Positions 43,692 through 54,447 of a stretch of 64,000 nt of DNA are shown here, piece after piece. Below the pieces are notes generated by a model that saw only the letters and a program-made list of their open reading frames with translations, was not told where the DNA came from and searched no databases. This stretch comes from a virus. The stretch is taken from positions 1 through 64,000 of the IMG/VR virus record IMGVR_UViG_3300013102_000007; one strand, given 5' to 3'. The position numbers were made by a program, and so were the translations under genes. The stretch's first letter is position 1. Every line of letters starts with the position of its first letter.

Positions 43692-44408
43692 TTATGATTT
43701 TATAGCGGATTTTTCGCTTTCTCTAACAGCTTTATTTAGTTGTTGTACAGTTAATGATTTTATACGAAGTCTAGCTTTTCTTTTTTCATTATAATACATA
43801 CGTTCATTATTTGTTTTCTCACCTAAACCTATTCTTGCATCGTCTAGGCTTAACTGCCAACGAATATAAAATTTCAAAGCCGGAGCTGCTAATTCATTAA
43901 TTTCATACTCACCTTCAACTGTATTATAAGATAAATATTTTAAAAGGTAATTATCGCTGCTACAGTTATTTTTTACGTATATTTTTCTTTCATTCATTTT
44001 AACCATATAGTAACCTATAGTTTCATAGCTACCTAGTCCTAATGACCCCCTGTCATAAACATAATTGATACCGTCTCCCCTAAAATCACCTCTTACATTT
44101 GATGGACTAGAGTTAGTTATTGGTTCACATAAATTAAGATCATCTGTCTTATCAAATGACGAAATTCCTTGACCATTATCTGAATCATTAGCAATTCCAA
44201 AATCTTTTATACTTAAAGCATCTTCAGGTATTTCAACACAACCATCGGAACCTACACATACTGGTTTAGTTCTAACACTACCTACAATATCCCAATTAAG
44301 CTCTCTCCAACCCCATATTGCTGTTGCGTATGTTTTTGCATACTCGGAAGCCCCTAGATTTTTACCATCTAAGTAACTTGCCACTATTTCTGATACACGA
44401 ATATTCAT
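43692..44408 (-). CDS. hypothetical structural protein
   Basis: 238-aa ORF. Confidence 0.65.
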   Translation of the reverse strand: MNIRVSEIVASYLDGKNLGASEYAKTYATAIWGWRELNWDIVGSVRTKPVCVGSDGCVEIPEDALSIKDFGIANDSDNGQGISSFDKTDDLNLCEPITNSSPSNVRGDFRGDGINYVYDRGSLGLGSYETIGYYMVKMNERKIYVKNNCSSDNYLLKYLSYNTVEGEYEINELAAPALKFYIRWQLSLDDARIGLGEKTNNERMYYNEKRKARLRIKSLTVQQLNKAVRESEKSAIKS

Positions 44409-44416
44409 TTATATTT

Positions 44417-45034
44417 TTATAAAAGCGGTATACCATCGTTAGCACGATCTGGTTGTACCATTGGGTTTGTTAATAAAATAAAAGCATTTTGTATTAGCTT
44501 ATTTTCAAATTCAGCTGGCAAAGTTAAATCAGAATTGTCATCAGTTGGTATAGAGTATCTATCTGATATTAAAACTTCTTTTGTCTTAACTTCTTGGTTA
44601 TAGAAATAAAGCTTACCGTCCTCTCTATAAAACATTACAACACATGGTATCTGTGGTTGTAACCTTCTTAGTAAAATTTCTTCTCTTCTGATGGGTACGT
44701 ATATAGTAGAAAACCTATTTACTTGATTAGCATCTGATATTTGTGTGAACCTATTTCCAGCTACACTTATTGTTTTTGCTTTAAGTTCAACATAATTTAA
44801 AGATTTATCAGTGTCATATTTAACTGTAGCCTTGTAACTAGCAGTTATACTATCATCACCATACTTAAAATCTTCTGAATTTCTTTGAAAATTATAACTG
44901 GCCAATAGTCCATCAGCTATTCCAGCTTTAATGTGACCTACAAGCTCGCGATAAGTGTATTTTGAATCATCACTAATGTTACCACCATCTAGTCGTCTCC
45001 ACAAACGATATGTTAATTCTTTTAAAGTACTCAT
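44417..45034 (-). CDS. hypothetical structural protein (head-tail connector region)
   Basis: 205-aa ORF. Function assigned by position only. Confidence 0.6.
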   Translation of the reverse strand: MSTLKELTYRLWRRLDGGNISDDSKYTYRELVGHIKAGIADGLLASYNFQRNSEDFKYGDDSITASYKATVKYDTDKSLNYVELKAKTISVAGNRFTQISDANQVNRFSTIYVPIRREEILLRRLQPQIPCVVMFYREDGKLYFYNQEVKTKEVLISDRYSIPTDDNSDLTLPAEFENKLIQNAFILLTNPMVQPDRANDGIPLL

Positions 45035-45678
45035 TATTCTTTATCTTTGTTTGTGTTACCTAATTGTAGTGCTAAAACGTCTCTCATACTCATGCCAGCT
45101 TTAACTAAAATTCTACTAGTTAATTCGCTTTCTTCATTAGCACCCCACTCATAATGTATAGAGGTATTATTATCATAAACTGCTCTATTATTTACAGTAG
45201 TGTAGCCGTATTTAATTTCAGAAGGTTCTTTTAAATAATGTATTTTAACATCTAAAGAACTTTCACCTAATAAGGTTAGCGTAGAAGCATTTTCCAAATA
45301 ATATTTATCTTGTTCATTTGGACTTGCCAATGGATCATCAAATATTCTGGCGTATCTGTCTTCATCTATTGGCTTAACTGGTATTTTTCCTACAGCCGTA
45401 TAAATAGCTGTTATATTTCTCAATCCCTGTGGAATTGTTAATAGCTCATCAATAAAAGATGCTGATGCAATTTTTCTAAAAGGTCTTAATCTTTCATCAA
45501 CTAGCCTATTTTTTCCATAAACAATTCTTGGGGTAGTTTTAATACCAGAAAAATCATCAAACATTTCTTGACTAGCTTGATTGCCGTATCTTTCGTACTC
45601 TTCTGGTGCTATATAAACACCATTATTTTTAGAAAGTAAATCGTTTACTAAATTATAATTACTGCCTACGTTAATCAT
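45034..45678 (-). CDS. hypothetical structural protein (head-tail connector region)
   Basis: 214-aa ORF. Function assigned by position only. Confidence 0.6.
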   Translation of the reverse strand: MINVGSNYNLVNDLLSKNNGVYIAPEEYERYGNQASQEMFDDFSGIKTTPRIVYGKNRLVDERLRPFRKIASASFIDELLTIPQGLRNITAIYTAVGKIPVKPIDEDRYARIFDDPLASPNEQDKYYLENASTLTLLGESSLDVKIHYLKEPSEIKYGYTTVNNRAVYDNNTSIHYEWGANEESELTSRILVKAGMSMRDVLALQLGNTNKDKE

Positions 45679-45747
45679 GTAGTTATCTATTTTTATTACT
45701 ACAAAGATACTTTATAATTGGCGTAACATTTGAAAATGGTATAAACG

Positions 45748-45775
45748 TAAAAAGCTACCTCCGAAGAAGTAGCTA
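45748..45775 (-). terminator. rho-independent terminator
   Basis: On the minus strand, AGCTAC-(loop)-GTAGCT followed by TTTTT, after the stop of 45802-46731. Confidence 0.6.
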
Positions 45776-45801
45776 GTTGGACAAGAGAGAAAAAGAAGTC
45801 C

Positions 45802-46731
45802 TTATTCAGCCAATTTGGCTTCCATTCTTTCTTTGAAAGCTTTCGCTCCGGCATCGCCTATTAAAACATATTTTGTTAAAGCATCGTCTGCTCTTTCATC
45901 ATCTGAATAGGTTATAATAACACCTTGTGAATCTTTCCATTTAACCATGTTGTTGTCATCAGTTAAAGCACCTTTGGTGAAAAGTTTCTGAATGTTTGAT
46001 TTAATTTCGTGTTTTGGATCAGTAAATTCTTTTAAGAAAATATATGGATCATTTTGAGCTTGTTCATAGGCGAATGTCTTAATTGCATCAGCACTCATAG
46101 AATCAACTGGTTGTAAAAATACAGAACGAATAAAATTCGAAATGTCTTTTGGTGAAGCAGCTCTAATAATTAATTGTGCATTAATTTTAGCATCAACAAG
46201 CGATAATTTTTGTTTATCCTCTTTAACTTCATCAACAAGTCTATACATATCGCGAATATACTCATTTGATGGTAGGACTTTTGATTTTCTATCAAAACCA
46301 TCTAAGGCCAACATAAAGCGTAGACGTGAAGCATCCATTCCACTAATTACTAATTCTCCATCAGTAAAAATAGGAGTTGTTGCATCAATAAGCGCATTTG
46401 GGTCTTGTTCATCCAAATATGGAGATTGCTCACTGCTACATAACCTAATTGATCTTGTAGTTTGAGTTTGTTCGTCCCAAACTTTAGCCTCCCTCGGCAT
46501 AATAGAACGAGGATTAGATTTATGTTTCAGTTTAAATTTGTAGTCTCTTGAAGGATCAATTACTACTCCGTTAAAAACTTCTAAATTGCTTTCACTACCA
46601 GATTCATCATCGGTCAAAGCATCAATTTTTTCTTGTAATTTTTCAACTGTGTTCCAAGCTGGTGTGGGATTTTTACCTGAAAGCTCTTTGTATTTAGCTC
46701 TTAATTCGGCAAGTTCTTCTTTTTGTGACAT
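45802..46731 (-). CDS. hypothetical capsid-associated protein
   Basis: 309-aa ORF bracketed by terminators. Coiled-coil N-terminus. Confidence 0.65.
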   Translation of the reverse strand: MSQKEELAELRAKYKELSGKNPTPAWNTVEKLQEKIDALTDDESGSESNLEVFNGVVIDPSRDYKFKLKHKSNPRSIMPREAKVWDEQTQTTRSIRLCSSEQSPYLDEQDPNALIDATTPIFTDGELVISGMDASRLRFMLALDGFDRKSKVLPSNEYIRDMYRLVDEVKEDKQKLSLVDAKINAQLIIRAASPKDISNFIRSVFLQPVDSMSADAIKTFAYEQAQNDPYIFLKEFTDPKHEIKSNIQKLFTKGALTDDNNMVKWKDSQGVIITYSDDERADDALTKYVLIGDAGAKAFKERMEAKLAE

Positions 46732-46761
46732 ATCTTACTTTTCTTTCTTAGTACAAATTTA

Positions 46762-46791
46762 AAACAAAAAAGGGGTTATTTTACAACCCCC
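46762..46791 (-). terminator. rho-independent terminator after capsid gene
   Basis: On the minus strand, GGGGG-(ttgtaaaataa)-CCCC followed by TTTTTTGTTTT. Confidence 0.7.
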
Positions 46792-46816
46792 TTCTTAACT
46801 TATTTTAAAGCCACTC

Positions 46817-48172
46817 TTACAAGTGGATTTTAGCAAATTTAAACGCTTTAATGTTGTACATTTCAATACCTTTGTAAGAGGTTAAAGCTAAGTCAACAAC
46901 ACGTTTTGTGCTTTTACCAACTAACGCACCGTCAGTATCTAAGAAAGTCATTTGACCACCTTCTGAATCTGATTGGTAACGTACTCTGAAGTAAGGTAAT
47001 TGTCCTTCAGCAGCATCGTTGTAACGAGTACCAATTGGGAAAAATACAGCTGAACCTCTCCAAAAACCTGTGTTCATATCGGCACCGTGGGTACGGGCAG
47101 AGTTGAAGTAAGCATAATTTTTAAGGGTCAACTCAATACCGTAGATTTTAACTGAATCAGAGAAATCAAATACTCCTTGAATTTCTTTAGTTGCAGAATC
47201 TACGTCTACGTTAACTACAATGTTTGAAGCTCCACCACCTAAAGATTGTAGGTAAGCTTGGTAAGCAATCCAAAACTCAGTATCACATAATACCTCGTAT
47301 TTAGTTGTGTAACCATCGGCATCATTCGCACGTTTTAAATCTTGGAAAAAGCTTGTTGATAAAGCTGTTGTAGCTGACAAGTCAGTACCTTCCGCGATAA
47401 TAGTTGGGATAAAACCTCTTGCAGTAGTATTTGCGTTTCCGGCTGCTTCGGTCATGTTATCCATAAAGTCACCAAACATCAATTTCAATTCTTGAGACAT
47501 AATGTGCTCTGGCTCCATTTTTGTCCTGTCAATTGTGTAATAACTTTGGTTTTTGTATTCCAGAATTTCGAATTTGGCTAAATCTGTGTAAGATTTGTTT
47601 GTACGAATGATCTGCATATCTCTGTCACGAGAAGTAAATCCTTCATAGATACCATCTTGTTGTTCAGAACCTTCTTTAACAGAAGTTCTACCTTGGAATT
47701 TAAGGAATGAAGCAGTTGTCAAAGCAGCAGTTTGTGAAGCTTTTGTTGGAGCTAATGTAACTGTGTGAGCACCGTCAGTAGTTTTATTTACTGCACGAAC
47801 CTCGTATTGAATACCGTCTTTGTCATCCTCATAAACTTGACCAACGGATACTGGTGAATACCTTCCAGCTGATAAGTGAGAACCTGAAGTTAATGTAACT
47901 GTTACAGCTGCTCCTGCACTACCACCTGTTCCGGCAGCAGTTACTTTAAATGCTGGCAATGGTTTGTTGTTATCTAGCCATTGTTTCCATTTTTTAGTTG
48001 GGCTATATTTAGCTGAACCACTGGCTTCAGTTTTCATGATAAATGAATCCTTAACCAAGTCTGGATAAGTTGTAATGTAATCGGTGTAATTGTGTGTGTT
48101 AAGTAAGGCAAATTGTGATAAAATGTCATACTTCATAATAGGAACCGAAAACTGATTGGGAATTGTTGGCAT
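46817..48172 (-). CDS. major capsid protein (by synteny)
   Basis: 451-aa ORF directly after the scaffold-like gene, followed by a strong terminator. Order is TerL-portal-scaffold-this gene. Confidence 0.6.
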   Translation of the reverse strand: MPTIPNQFSVPIMKYDILSQFALLNTHNYTDYITTYPDLVKDSFIMKTEASGSAKYSPTKKWKQWLDNNKPLPAFKVTAAGTGGSAGAAVTVTLTSGSHLSAGRYSPVSVGQVYEDDKDGIQYEVRAVNKTTDGAHTVTLAPTKASQTAALTTASFLKFQGRTSVKEGSEQQDGIYEGFTSRDRDMQIIRTNKSYTDLAKFEILEYKNQSYYTIDRTKMEPEHIMSQELKLMFGDFMDNMTEAAGNANTTARGFIPTIIAEGTDLSATTALSTSFFQDLKRANDADGYTTKYEVLCDTEFWIAYQAYLQSLGGGASNIVVNVDVDSATKEIQGVFDFSDSVKIYGIELTLKNYAYFNSARTHGADMNTGFWRGSAVFFPIGTRYNDAAEGQLPYFRVRYQSDSEGGQMTFLDTDGALVGKSTKRVVDLALTSYKGIEMYNIKAFKFAKIHL

Positions 48173-48191
48173 CGTTCTTAATGTTTAATTT

Positions 48192-49334
48192 TTATAATCT
48201 GTTATCTGATTGGGCTTTTGCTGCTTTAAATAAACCTCTATCAAAAGGTTCATCGTTATCCGGCATTTGCCTTTGTTTAGTACCGTCATCAAAGTTTAAT
48301 AAGTCGTTTTTAACGAACTCTTTTCTAGCAGTAGCAGCGGCTTCTTTAGCAACTGTTTTAAGTAGTTTTTTAAAGTGAATTTCTTTAGCTTTATCCTGTA
48401 CAAACCTCTGTAAATCAGGATTACCTTGAGCATCAACATATTTACTATCTCTAGCACTAGCAATGTATTCGTTTAATTCTTCTTGAATTTCACTTTTTTC
48501 TTCTTTACTCAACTTGTAGTCTACATTAAGAACGACCTTGTTCCCATTATCTTCATATTCTACTTGTTCAGTTAGAGATTCAAGAGGATCAATAACTTGC
48601 TTTAATTGTGGTATCCAATATTCTTCTTTATTTTTAATAGCCTGTTCAACTAAATCTTCCTGATACTTTTCAGGACTAAAATTTTCTTGTTGAACTGTTT
48701 CTTCTTCTACCTCAAATTTAGGTAGGGTCAAAGATTGTTTTTGCTGTTCAAAATATTCTGCTGCTTGGGCTGAGTCTTTTTTCAAAGCTCTAGCACCTTT
48801 AGCAATTTCTTTTTCTATCAGTTTGTTTTCACGTTTAGCAGCAGCAACTTCTTCCGGTTCCATCACATCCTCATCTATTTCAATTAAGGATAATCCAATA
48901 CCGTACTTATCTTCAAGCTCGTGAGTAACATCTTCTGAATCAAATTCAGGATTTTCTGCTGATATTTTTCTTTTAACCAATTCTAAAGCTGGTAAAGCTT
49001 TGTAATCAGTATTTTTTTCATTCAAATATTCTCTTAATGTTTTTTCATTTTCAGTAAGAAAACTTGAATAGTCAATTTCTTTTTTGGTTGGTTGGCTTTC
49101 GGCTTTTAATCTAGCTTCTTCAGCATCTTTTTCAGCTTGAATTTCTTCAGCTGTTTTTTCTTGACCTTCAGCAGCCAATCTATCTGCTTCTGCTTTTTCC
49201 TCGGCAGCTTTATCAGCTAAAGCTTGAGCTTCATCATTTGCTATTTTTTCAGCCTCTAATTCTTCTGCTGTTTTAATAACATTTTCTGGAAGTTCAGCAC
49301 CTAATTCTAATGCTTTATCTAAAAAATTTGACAT
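48192..49334 (-). CDS. scaffolding protein (by composition and synteny)
   Basis: 380 aa, very acidic, Glu/Ala/Lys-rich predicted coiled coil, located between portal and capsid genes. Confidence 0.55.
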   Translation of the reverse strand: MSNFLDKALELGAELPENVIKTAEELEAEKIANDEAQALADKAAEEKAEADRLAAEGQEKTAEEIQAEKDAEEARLKAESQPTKKEIDYSSFLTENEKTLREYLNEKNTDYKALPALELVKRKISAENPEFDSEDVTHELEDKYGIGLSLIEIDEDVMEPEEVAAAKRENKLIEKEIAKGARALKKDSAQAAEYFEQQKQSLTLPKFEVEEETVQQENFSPEKYQEDLVEQAIKNKEEYWIPQLKQVIDPLESLTEQVEYEDNGNKVVLNVDYKLSKEEKSEIQEELNEYIASARDSKYVDAQGNPDLQRFVQDKAKEIHFKKLLKTVAKEAAATARKEFVKNDLLNFDDGTKQRQMPDNDEPFDRGLFKAAKAQSDNRL

Positions 49335-49401
49335 AAATATTTTTCTTTTCTTTCTTGACTACAAAATTAATATATTAAAAAATATAATTTAGAACAGGGT
49401 T

Positions 49402-51834
49402 TTACATTAGCCCCTGTTCTTGTGCTATTTTTGTCGCTTCATCTTCGGATATTTCACCTGATTTAACACCTTGTTGCAATTGATCTGCCACTTGCTGTTT
49501 TTGTTCTGCATCTACTTGTTGTTCAATTTGTTGATGAGTTATATCAGCAGATTGTTGAGTTTTTAAAGTAGCATTTTGTATTGCCATTTGAACAAGTGGT
49601 GCGTATGCATCTGGTATAGGTTGTCCTGTTTTAAAAGACTCAGTTATTAAGGTCAAAGCCCCATTCATCATAGCTAAGATTTGGGCACCATTATTTTTTG
49701 CTTCTTCTTTAGCAGCTTCTGCTTGCATGGTAATTTGAGCAGTTTGTTGTTTAGCCTGTTCAACTGCAACTCCGGCCTGTGCAGAATAGTCAGCAGCAGA
49801 TTTTTGATTCTGTTGAGCTTCCTCTTGTTTTTGTTTTCTACGTTTTTCATATAGATAAGCTAAAACTTTTTCCGCTTGAATAGGGTCTTTAATATTATTA
49901 ATTTTAATAGCATCTGGAATTTCCAAGTTACCAGCAGATAAAGCAGTGTTAATATACTGTTCCAAAGTAGCTTTATCCTCATCAGATATTCCTAAAGAAA
50001 ATTCAATATCATAACTAGATGCAGTGATTTCTTTTCTTTTTTGAATAAATTCTACATTTTCTTTACCCAAATATTTAAGATAACCTTTATTTACATCACC
50101 ATAATTAAGTGCATCCCAAATACGAATACCTATTTGACGGATTAATTCTCCTACAGATTTATAGTAAGCTCTGTATATAAACCAAGTAGCTGTATTAGAA
50201 GCTTCATTTTGAGCTTGCATAAATTTAAAACCTGTTCTAGGTGCAGCAGCTGATCCATCACGAAACTCATTTACACCTAAGTAATCTCTTATATTAGAAA
50301 GTTCTTGATTGTACTGAGTAATGAATACATTCATTTTGGCATCTATGGCATTTTGATTTGCCCTAATAGGTGGCTGATTAGTTGGCATCCCATTTTCACC
50401 CTTACTACTCCAATATAAACGTCCGGTTTGTTGGTGAATCTGCATAATATCCAAAGGTTGTAATTCTTCACCATTACCTAAATCTAAATTCATCAAACCA
50501 TCAATATCAATTATGTAGTCATCTGGTGTTGATTTAGCTATCAATTGCTTAATCTTAAGCACAGCAATATCCATATTTCTGACTGAATCAATCAAAAATG
50601 TCATTAAAGATTTAGGCAACATTCTACCTTTATTCATAGGCATGAAGAATATAAAAGGACATAAAAGTTCTTCTTTATCTTCACCTTTTCTCAAAATATT
50701 TTTTTGTTCACCCCACTCTAAACAAATAGATGCATCACTTGTAAAAAATCCTTCGTAAGCAGTTTGAGGATATTTATATCCAACTTTTTTACGACCATCT
50801 GATTTTTCTTGTTTTAAAGGTAGACTGTAGTCAATATCGAATACCTCTCTACCATACCTATCTTTACCTTCTACATAGGACATTACTTTAGAAGTCTTCC
50901 ACCAGATGTGTAGGATTTCTATTGTATAGTCATCATAAGGTCTTGAGTTAGCATTTCTATAGTCTTCTGACCAACTAAAAGTTCTGGATGGATTACCAAA
51001 TCTACCCATACAATCTTTGGCACATGAAAATAAGGCTCTTTCCTGCTCTGGTTTTAATGCGTATTTTCTTCTAACTGAAGAAATAGTTGTTCTTATATAC
51101 CTACCTTTAAACTCCGCATCGTGAGTATCTTCAAAACGAGAATTATCACATATAATATCCTCAGCCATTACAGTATCTACAACAAGTCTACCATTGTCAT
51201 CAATGTAGTTATACAAACCATGATACTGAGCAACGAACTGTTCATCAAGTATATGATTCTTCATAGCCTCAATGTCATTATCTTTTAAAGCGAAAGAAAT
51301 CATTTTTTGCATAAGCAATTCCTCATGCTCTTTATCGTTTAAAGCAGAGTAAACATCCAACTCTTCTTTACTGGTTGGAGTAAATTCACTTTGATCGATT
51401 AATGGTAATCCGGCTTGCTGAGATATTTGTCCCAACTTATCACCGTACTCCATCCTAAATTGAGCATCTGATTTTTTTCTATCTTTTCTTTCTTGAATAT
51501 CTTTTGATGTAGCTATTGCTGAAGGGTACTCATTCCTCATAAGATAACCATTAACAACAACACTTTTAAATTTTGGTGCTATAGGTCTAGCTCTATAAGA
51601 CATATTTGCATACATCTTTTTACCATCAATTTCTAGCTCATCTAAATATTGTGAAATATCTTGATTACCTTCCGCGTATTTTCTGCTCTCCGAAATGGTC
51701 TTACTAAGTGCTTGTCTATGAGTTAATGTAACGCCCAATATGGCACTTGCTACCTGTTTACCGTACTCAGGTGAGTCTTTTACAGATTTTGGTTCAAGAC
51801 CATTAGGAAAATTTACAATTGTATTTGTAGCCAT
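49402..51834 (-). CDS. portal protein (by size and synteny)
   Basis: 810-aa ORF immediately after the large terminase. Gln/Ala-rich helical C-terminus. Confidence 0.6.
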   Translation of the reverse strand: MATNTIVNFPNGLEPKSVKDSPEYGKQVASAILGVTLTHRQALSKTISESRKYAEGNQDISQYLDELEIDGKKMYANMSYRARPIAPKFKSVVVNGYLMRNEYPSAIATSKDIQERKDRKKSDAQFRMEYGDKLGQISQQAGLPLIDQSEFTPTSKEELDVYSALNDKEHEELLMQKMISFALKDNDIEAMKNHILDEQFVAQYHGLYNYIDDNGRLVVDTVMAEDIICDNSRFEDTHDAEFKGRYIRTTISSVRRKYALKPEQERALFSCAKDCMGRFGNPSRTFSWSEDYRNANSRPYDDYTIEILHIWWKTSKVMSYVEGKDRYGREVFDIDYSLPLKQEKSDGRKKVGYKYPQTAYEGFFTSDASICLEWGEQKNILRKGEDKEELLCPFIFFMPMNKGRMLPKSLMTFLIDSVRNMDIAVLKIKQLIAKSTPDDYIIDIDGLMNLDLGNGEELQPLDIMQIHQQTGRLYWSSKGENGMPTNQPPIRANQNAIDAKMNVFITQYNQELSNIRDYLGVNEFRDGSAAAPRTGFKFMQAQNEASNTATWFIYRAYYKSVGELIRQIGIRIWDALNYGDVNKGYLKYLGKENVEFIQKRKEITASSYDIEFSLGISDEDKATLEQYINTALSAGNLEIPDAIKINNIKDPIQAEKVLAYLYEKRRKQKQEEAQQNQKSAADYSAQAGVAVEQAKQQTAQITMQAEAAKEEAKNNGAQILAMMNGALTLITESFKTGQPIPDAYAPLVQMAIQNATLKTQQSADITHQQIEQQVDAEQKQQVADQLQQGVKSGEISEDEATKIAQEQGLM

Positions 51835-51895
51835 TTAAACTGTGTATTATATACTTGCAAAGTTAAGTTATATTTGAGGCTAGTTTTAAAACAGG

Positions 51896-53938
51896 TTAAG
51901 CAATAATTCTACCTTTTATAAGAACTTTGAATTCACCTCTTTTCACTTTTTTCTTTTTTATAGGCATACCTAGCGCCATTAATGCGTAGCCATCCCCCAT
52001 ACAAGCATCAAAATCTGTACGATTATTTACATCAAAAGCCAACCTATCTCTAATCAATCTAATGAAAGGCACCTTAAATACATCGGATTGTGCTACCTCA
52101 ACCATTAAAGTTAAGTGCTCTTCTCTTCCTTCCTTATTTTGTGCGTTTATACCACGTATTATAGTACCATCAGACTTAATTTGAGTTATTATGCAATACT
52201 CTTCAAAATTCTTTTTAAGGTCTTTATCTTTAGCAAATTCAACCCAATCAGAAGGAGCAAGTTCCCCAAGGAGTTCGACTCCATAGTATTGTAAACCCCA
52301 AAATAATTGTTCGTGTACTTCTTTTTTTGTATTTAACCTGCCTAAGAACATAGCTACAGGTCTTCCTGTATTATCGGGGTCTAAGCTAGAGTATCTGTTT
52401 CTAATCATACAGCAAGCATCTGAACCCTTATTTCCCACCATAATTGAGTGAGAATAAGTATCCCATCCAGCTGCTCCAAAAGATTGGTTAGTTGGAAATT
52501 TTTTACCAGCTTTGTTAAACTCAAATTTGTTACTTTCTTCTTCTGGTAAAAGATAATCTATATACCAAAGTCCTGACTTATCATCGACAAATTTTGTACG
52601 ACCATCGTCCATCATAACAAATTTACCTCTACGGCCTAATTCGTCTTTAAGTACATTTTTACCTTCTCGTATAAGTTTTTCTTCTAACTGACCTAATCTC
52701 TCTTTTAATTGTTCAACATTTCTAAAGTGAGATAATGTAGTAGCTGTGCTAAAAACTTCTTCCCAAGTAAATGGAGCTGTACGAATTTCCTCTGCTAAAA
52801 GCTCAGGATCATGTTCATTAAGTTTTCTTTGTAATTCTAAGTATTCTCTGGCACCCATGTGTGGTGCAGGACAACCCATTGATTTAAGATATTCAGATTG
52901 TTCTGGTGTAGGTGTATCAACTACTGAATTACCAAATTGATCTATAAAACCTTCATATCCTCTATAAGCCGGAATAAATATTCTGAACAAACGAGAAGAG
53001 GTCTGGTTAAGCTCATTTCTTTTTGCAGGATCAGAGTCGATCCACATTGTTTTAAAGTTGTCCCCACCTTTATCTCCCCTATTTACAGTTGAAACAATAG
53101 CAGCTTTACCTTTAACAATAGCACCTTTAACAAATACTTTTTGAACAGTTTTCCAATAAAGGGCGATATTAACTTCTTCCCATTTAGCAGCTTCATCAAT
53201 AAGTATTCTCAAGAATTTACCAGAGTCATAAGAGTTGGCGGCAGTTGATCTCCAATCTATTTCATTATTTAAACCTTCCCTTACTCCACCAGTATTTTGA
53301 TCTTTTTTAATACGACCAGCTTGTTTTTTGATACTTAGTTTTGATTTACCAGCCTCATTACCTTCAATCCTTGGTTTTAAGAATACGGGTAAAGCTTGAA
53401 ATGCAGAAACTATAAATTGAAAAATATCACTCGCATCCGTACCTGTCTTAGAAATAGTACCCTGTCTTTTATTACGCTCTATAATACCATTACGTAGCTG
53501 TATACTGGCTTCCATAGATGAAGCACCCAAACGTCTACCTTTTATAAGTATAGTACCTAAACAAAGAAAATCTCTTTCAGCTATTTCTACAAATCTAAAA
53601 TATTCTAATGAAGTATCTCTATATTCTGGATAATATTCATTTTCCAACAAAAACCATTGCAAGAAAAAATAACACATACCATTTAGATATGTGGCCTTAC
53701 CATCTATATAAATCCATTCACCATCATAGATTCTGTCTAGCTCTTGTGATAACCATTCAATTTGATCTTCTCCCCATTGAGTTACATCATTCGGCCAATC
53801 CCAATTTTCATATTCAGTCCTACGAGTCCAAAGTTGTTTACTTCTTGGGAGTCCATAGTTTCTTATCTTTGTTAAAGTTGGTCTTTTAGGGGGTAAGTAC
53901 TCTAAATCGGAAATTATTATTTTTTCCTCTGATTCCAT
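51896..53938 (-). CDS. terminase large subunit
   Basis: 680 aa. Walker-A-like KGRRLGASS and Walker B ILIDEAAKW. Head of the morphogenesis block. Confidence 0.7.
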   Translation of the reverse strand: MESEEKIIISDLEYLPPKRPTLTKIRNYGLPRSKQLWTRRTEYENWDWPNDVTQWGEDQIEWLSQELDRIYDGEWIYIDGKATYLNGMCYFFLQWFLLENEYYPEYRDTSLEYFRFVEIAERDFLCLGTILIKGRRLGASSMEASIQLRNGIIERNKRQGTISKTGTDASDIFQFIVSAFQALPVFLKPRIEGNEAGKSKLSIKKQAGRIKKDQNTGGVREGLNNEIDWRSTAANSYDSGKFLRILIDEAAKWEEVNIALYWKTVQKVFVKGAIVKGKAAIVSTVNRGDKGGDNFKTMWIDSDPAKRNELNQTSSRLFRIFIPAYRGYEGFIDQFGNSVVDTPTPEQSEYLKSMGCPAPHMGAREYLELQRKLNEHDPELLAEEIRTAPFTWEEVFSTATTLSHFRNVEQLKERLGQLEEKLIREGKNVLKDELGRRGKFVMMDDGRTKFVDDKSGLWYIDYLLPEEESNKFEFNKAGKKFPTNQSFGAAGWDTYSHSIMVGNKGSDACCMIRNRYSSLDPDNTGRPVAMFLGRLNTKKEVHEQLFWGLQYYGVELLGELAPSDWVEFAKDKDLKKNFEEYCIITQIKSDGTIIRGINAQNKEGREEHLTLMVEVAQSDVFKVPFIRLIRDRLAFDVNNRTDFDACMGDGYALMALGMPIKKKKVKRGEFKVLIKGRIIA

Positions 53939-54381
53939 TTACCTTCTTGTAATTGTTCCAAAGCATTACCTTCAGCTAGTTTAATTTCTTGTTTTTTAAT
54001 TGACTCAGCTATTTCCGGTCTAAGACTAGCAGCTTTATCAGATACAACACTAAAATCGCCAATCATCTTAATCATAGTTGTGATAGTTGACATAATTGTA
54101 TCATTACCTAAAAGCTCTAATTTAGATGCGCCTTTTATAGTTTTTTCCTTTTTAGTTTTTTCATCAACAAAAGTAAAATCTGGTTCAGCAATATCTCCCC
54201 TACTGATACGTTCAATATCATCAGTCATCACACCCACTACATTATCTAATGCAATGATTAATCGTTTGACATTACTAGCATCAAAGTTCATAACATAGTC
54301 ATGTATTTCATTTAAGTAGTCATCAACTTCTTTAATACCAGATTTTAAATCAGGTCTAATTTTAAATTTCTCTTCAGCCAT
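53917..54381 (-). CDS. hypothetical protein (terminase small subunit by position only)
   Basis: 154-aa ORF overlapping the TerL start by 22 nt. Confidence 0.55.
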   Translation of the reverse strand: MAEEKFKIRPDLKSGIKEVDDYLNEIHDYVMNFDASNVKRLIIALDNVVGVMTDDIERISRGDIAEPDFTFVDEKTKKEKTIKGASKLELLGNDTIMSTITTMIKMIGDFSVVSDKAASLRPEIAESIKKQEIKLAEGNALEQLQEGKWNQRKK

Positions 54382-54383
54382 AA

Positions 54384-54410
54384 AACAAAAAAGCCACGTA
54401 GTTTGTGGCT
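54384..54410 (-). terminator. rho-independent terminator
   Basis: On the minus strand, AGCCAC-(loop)-GTGGCT followed by TTTTTTGTTTT, after the GroES-like gene. Confidence 0.6.
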
Positions 54411-54447
54411 ACATGGCAAATTTACGGATATTATATCTTGTATTTCT

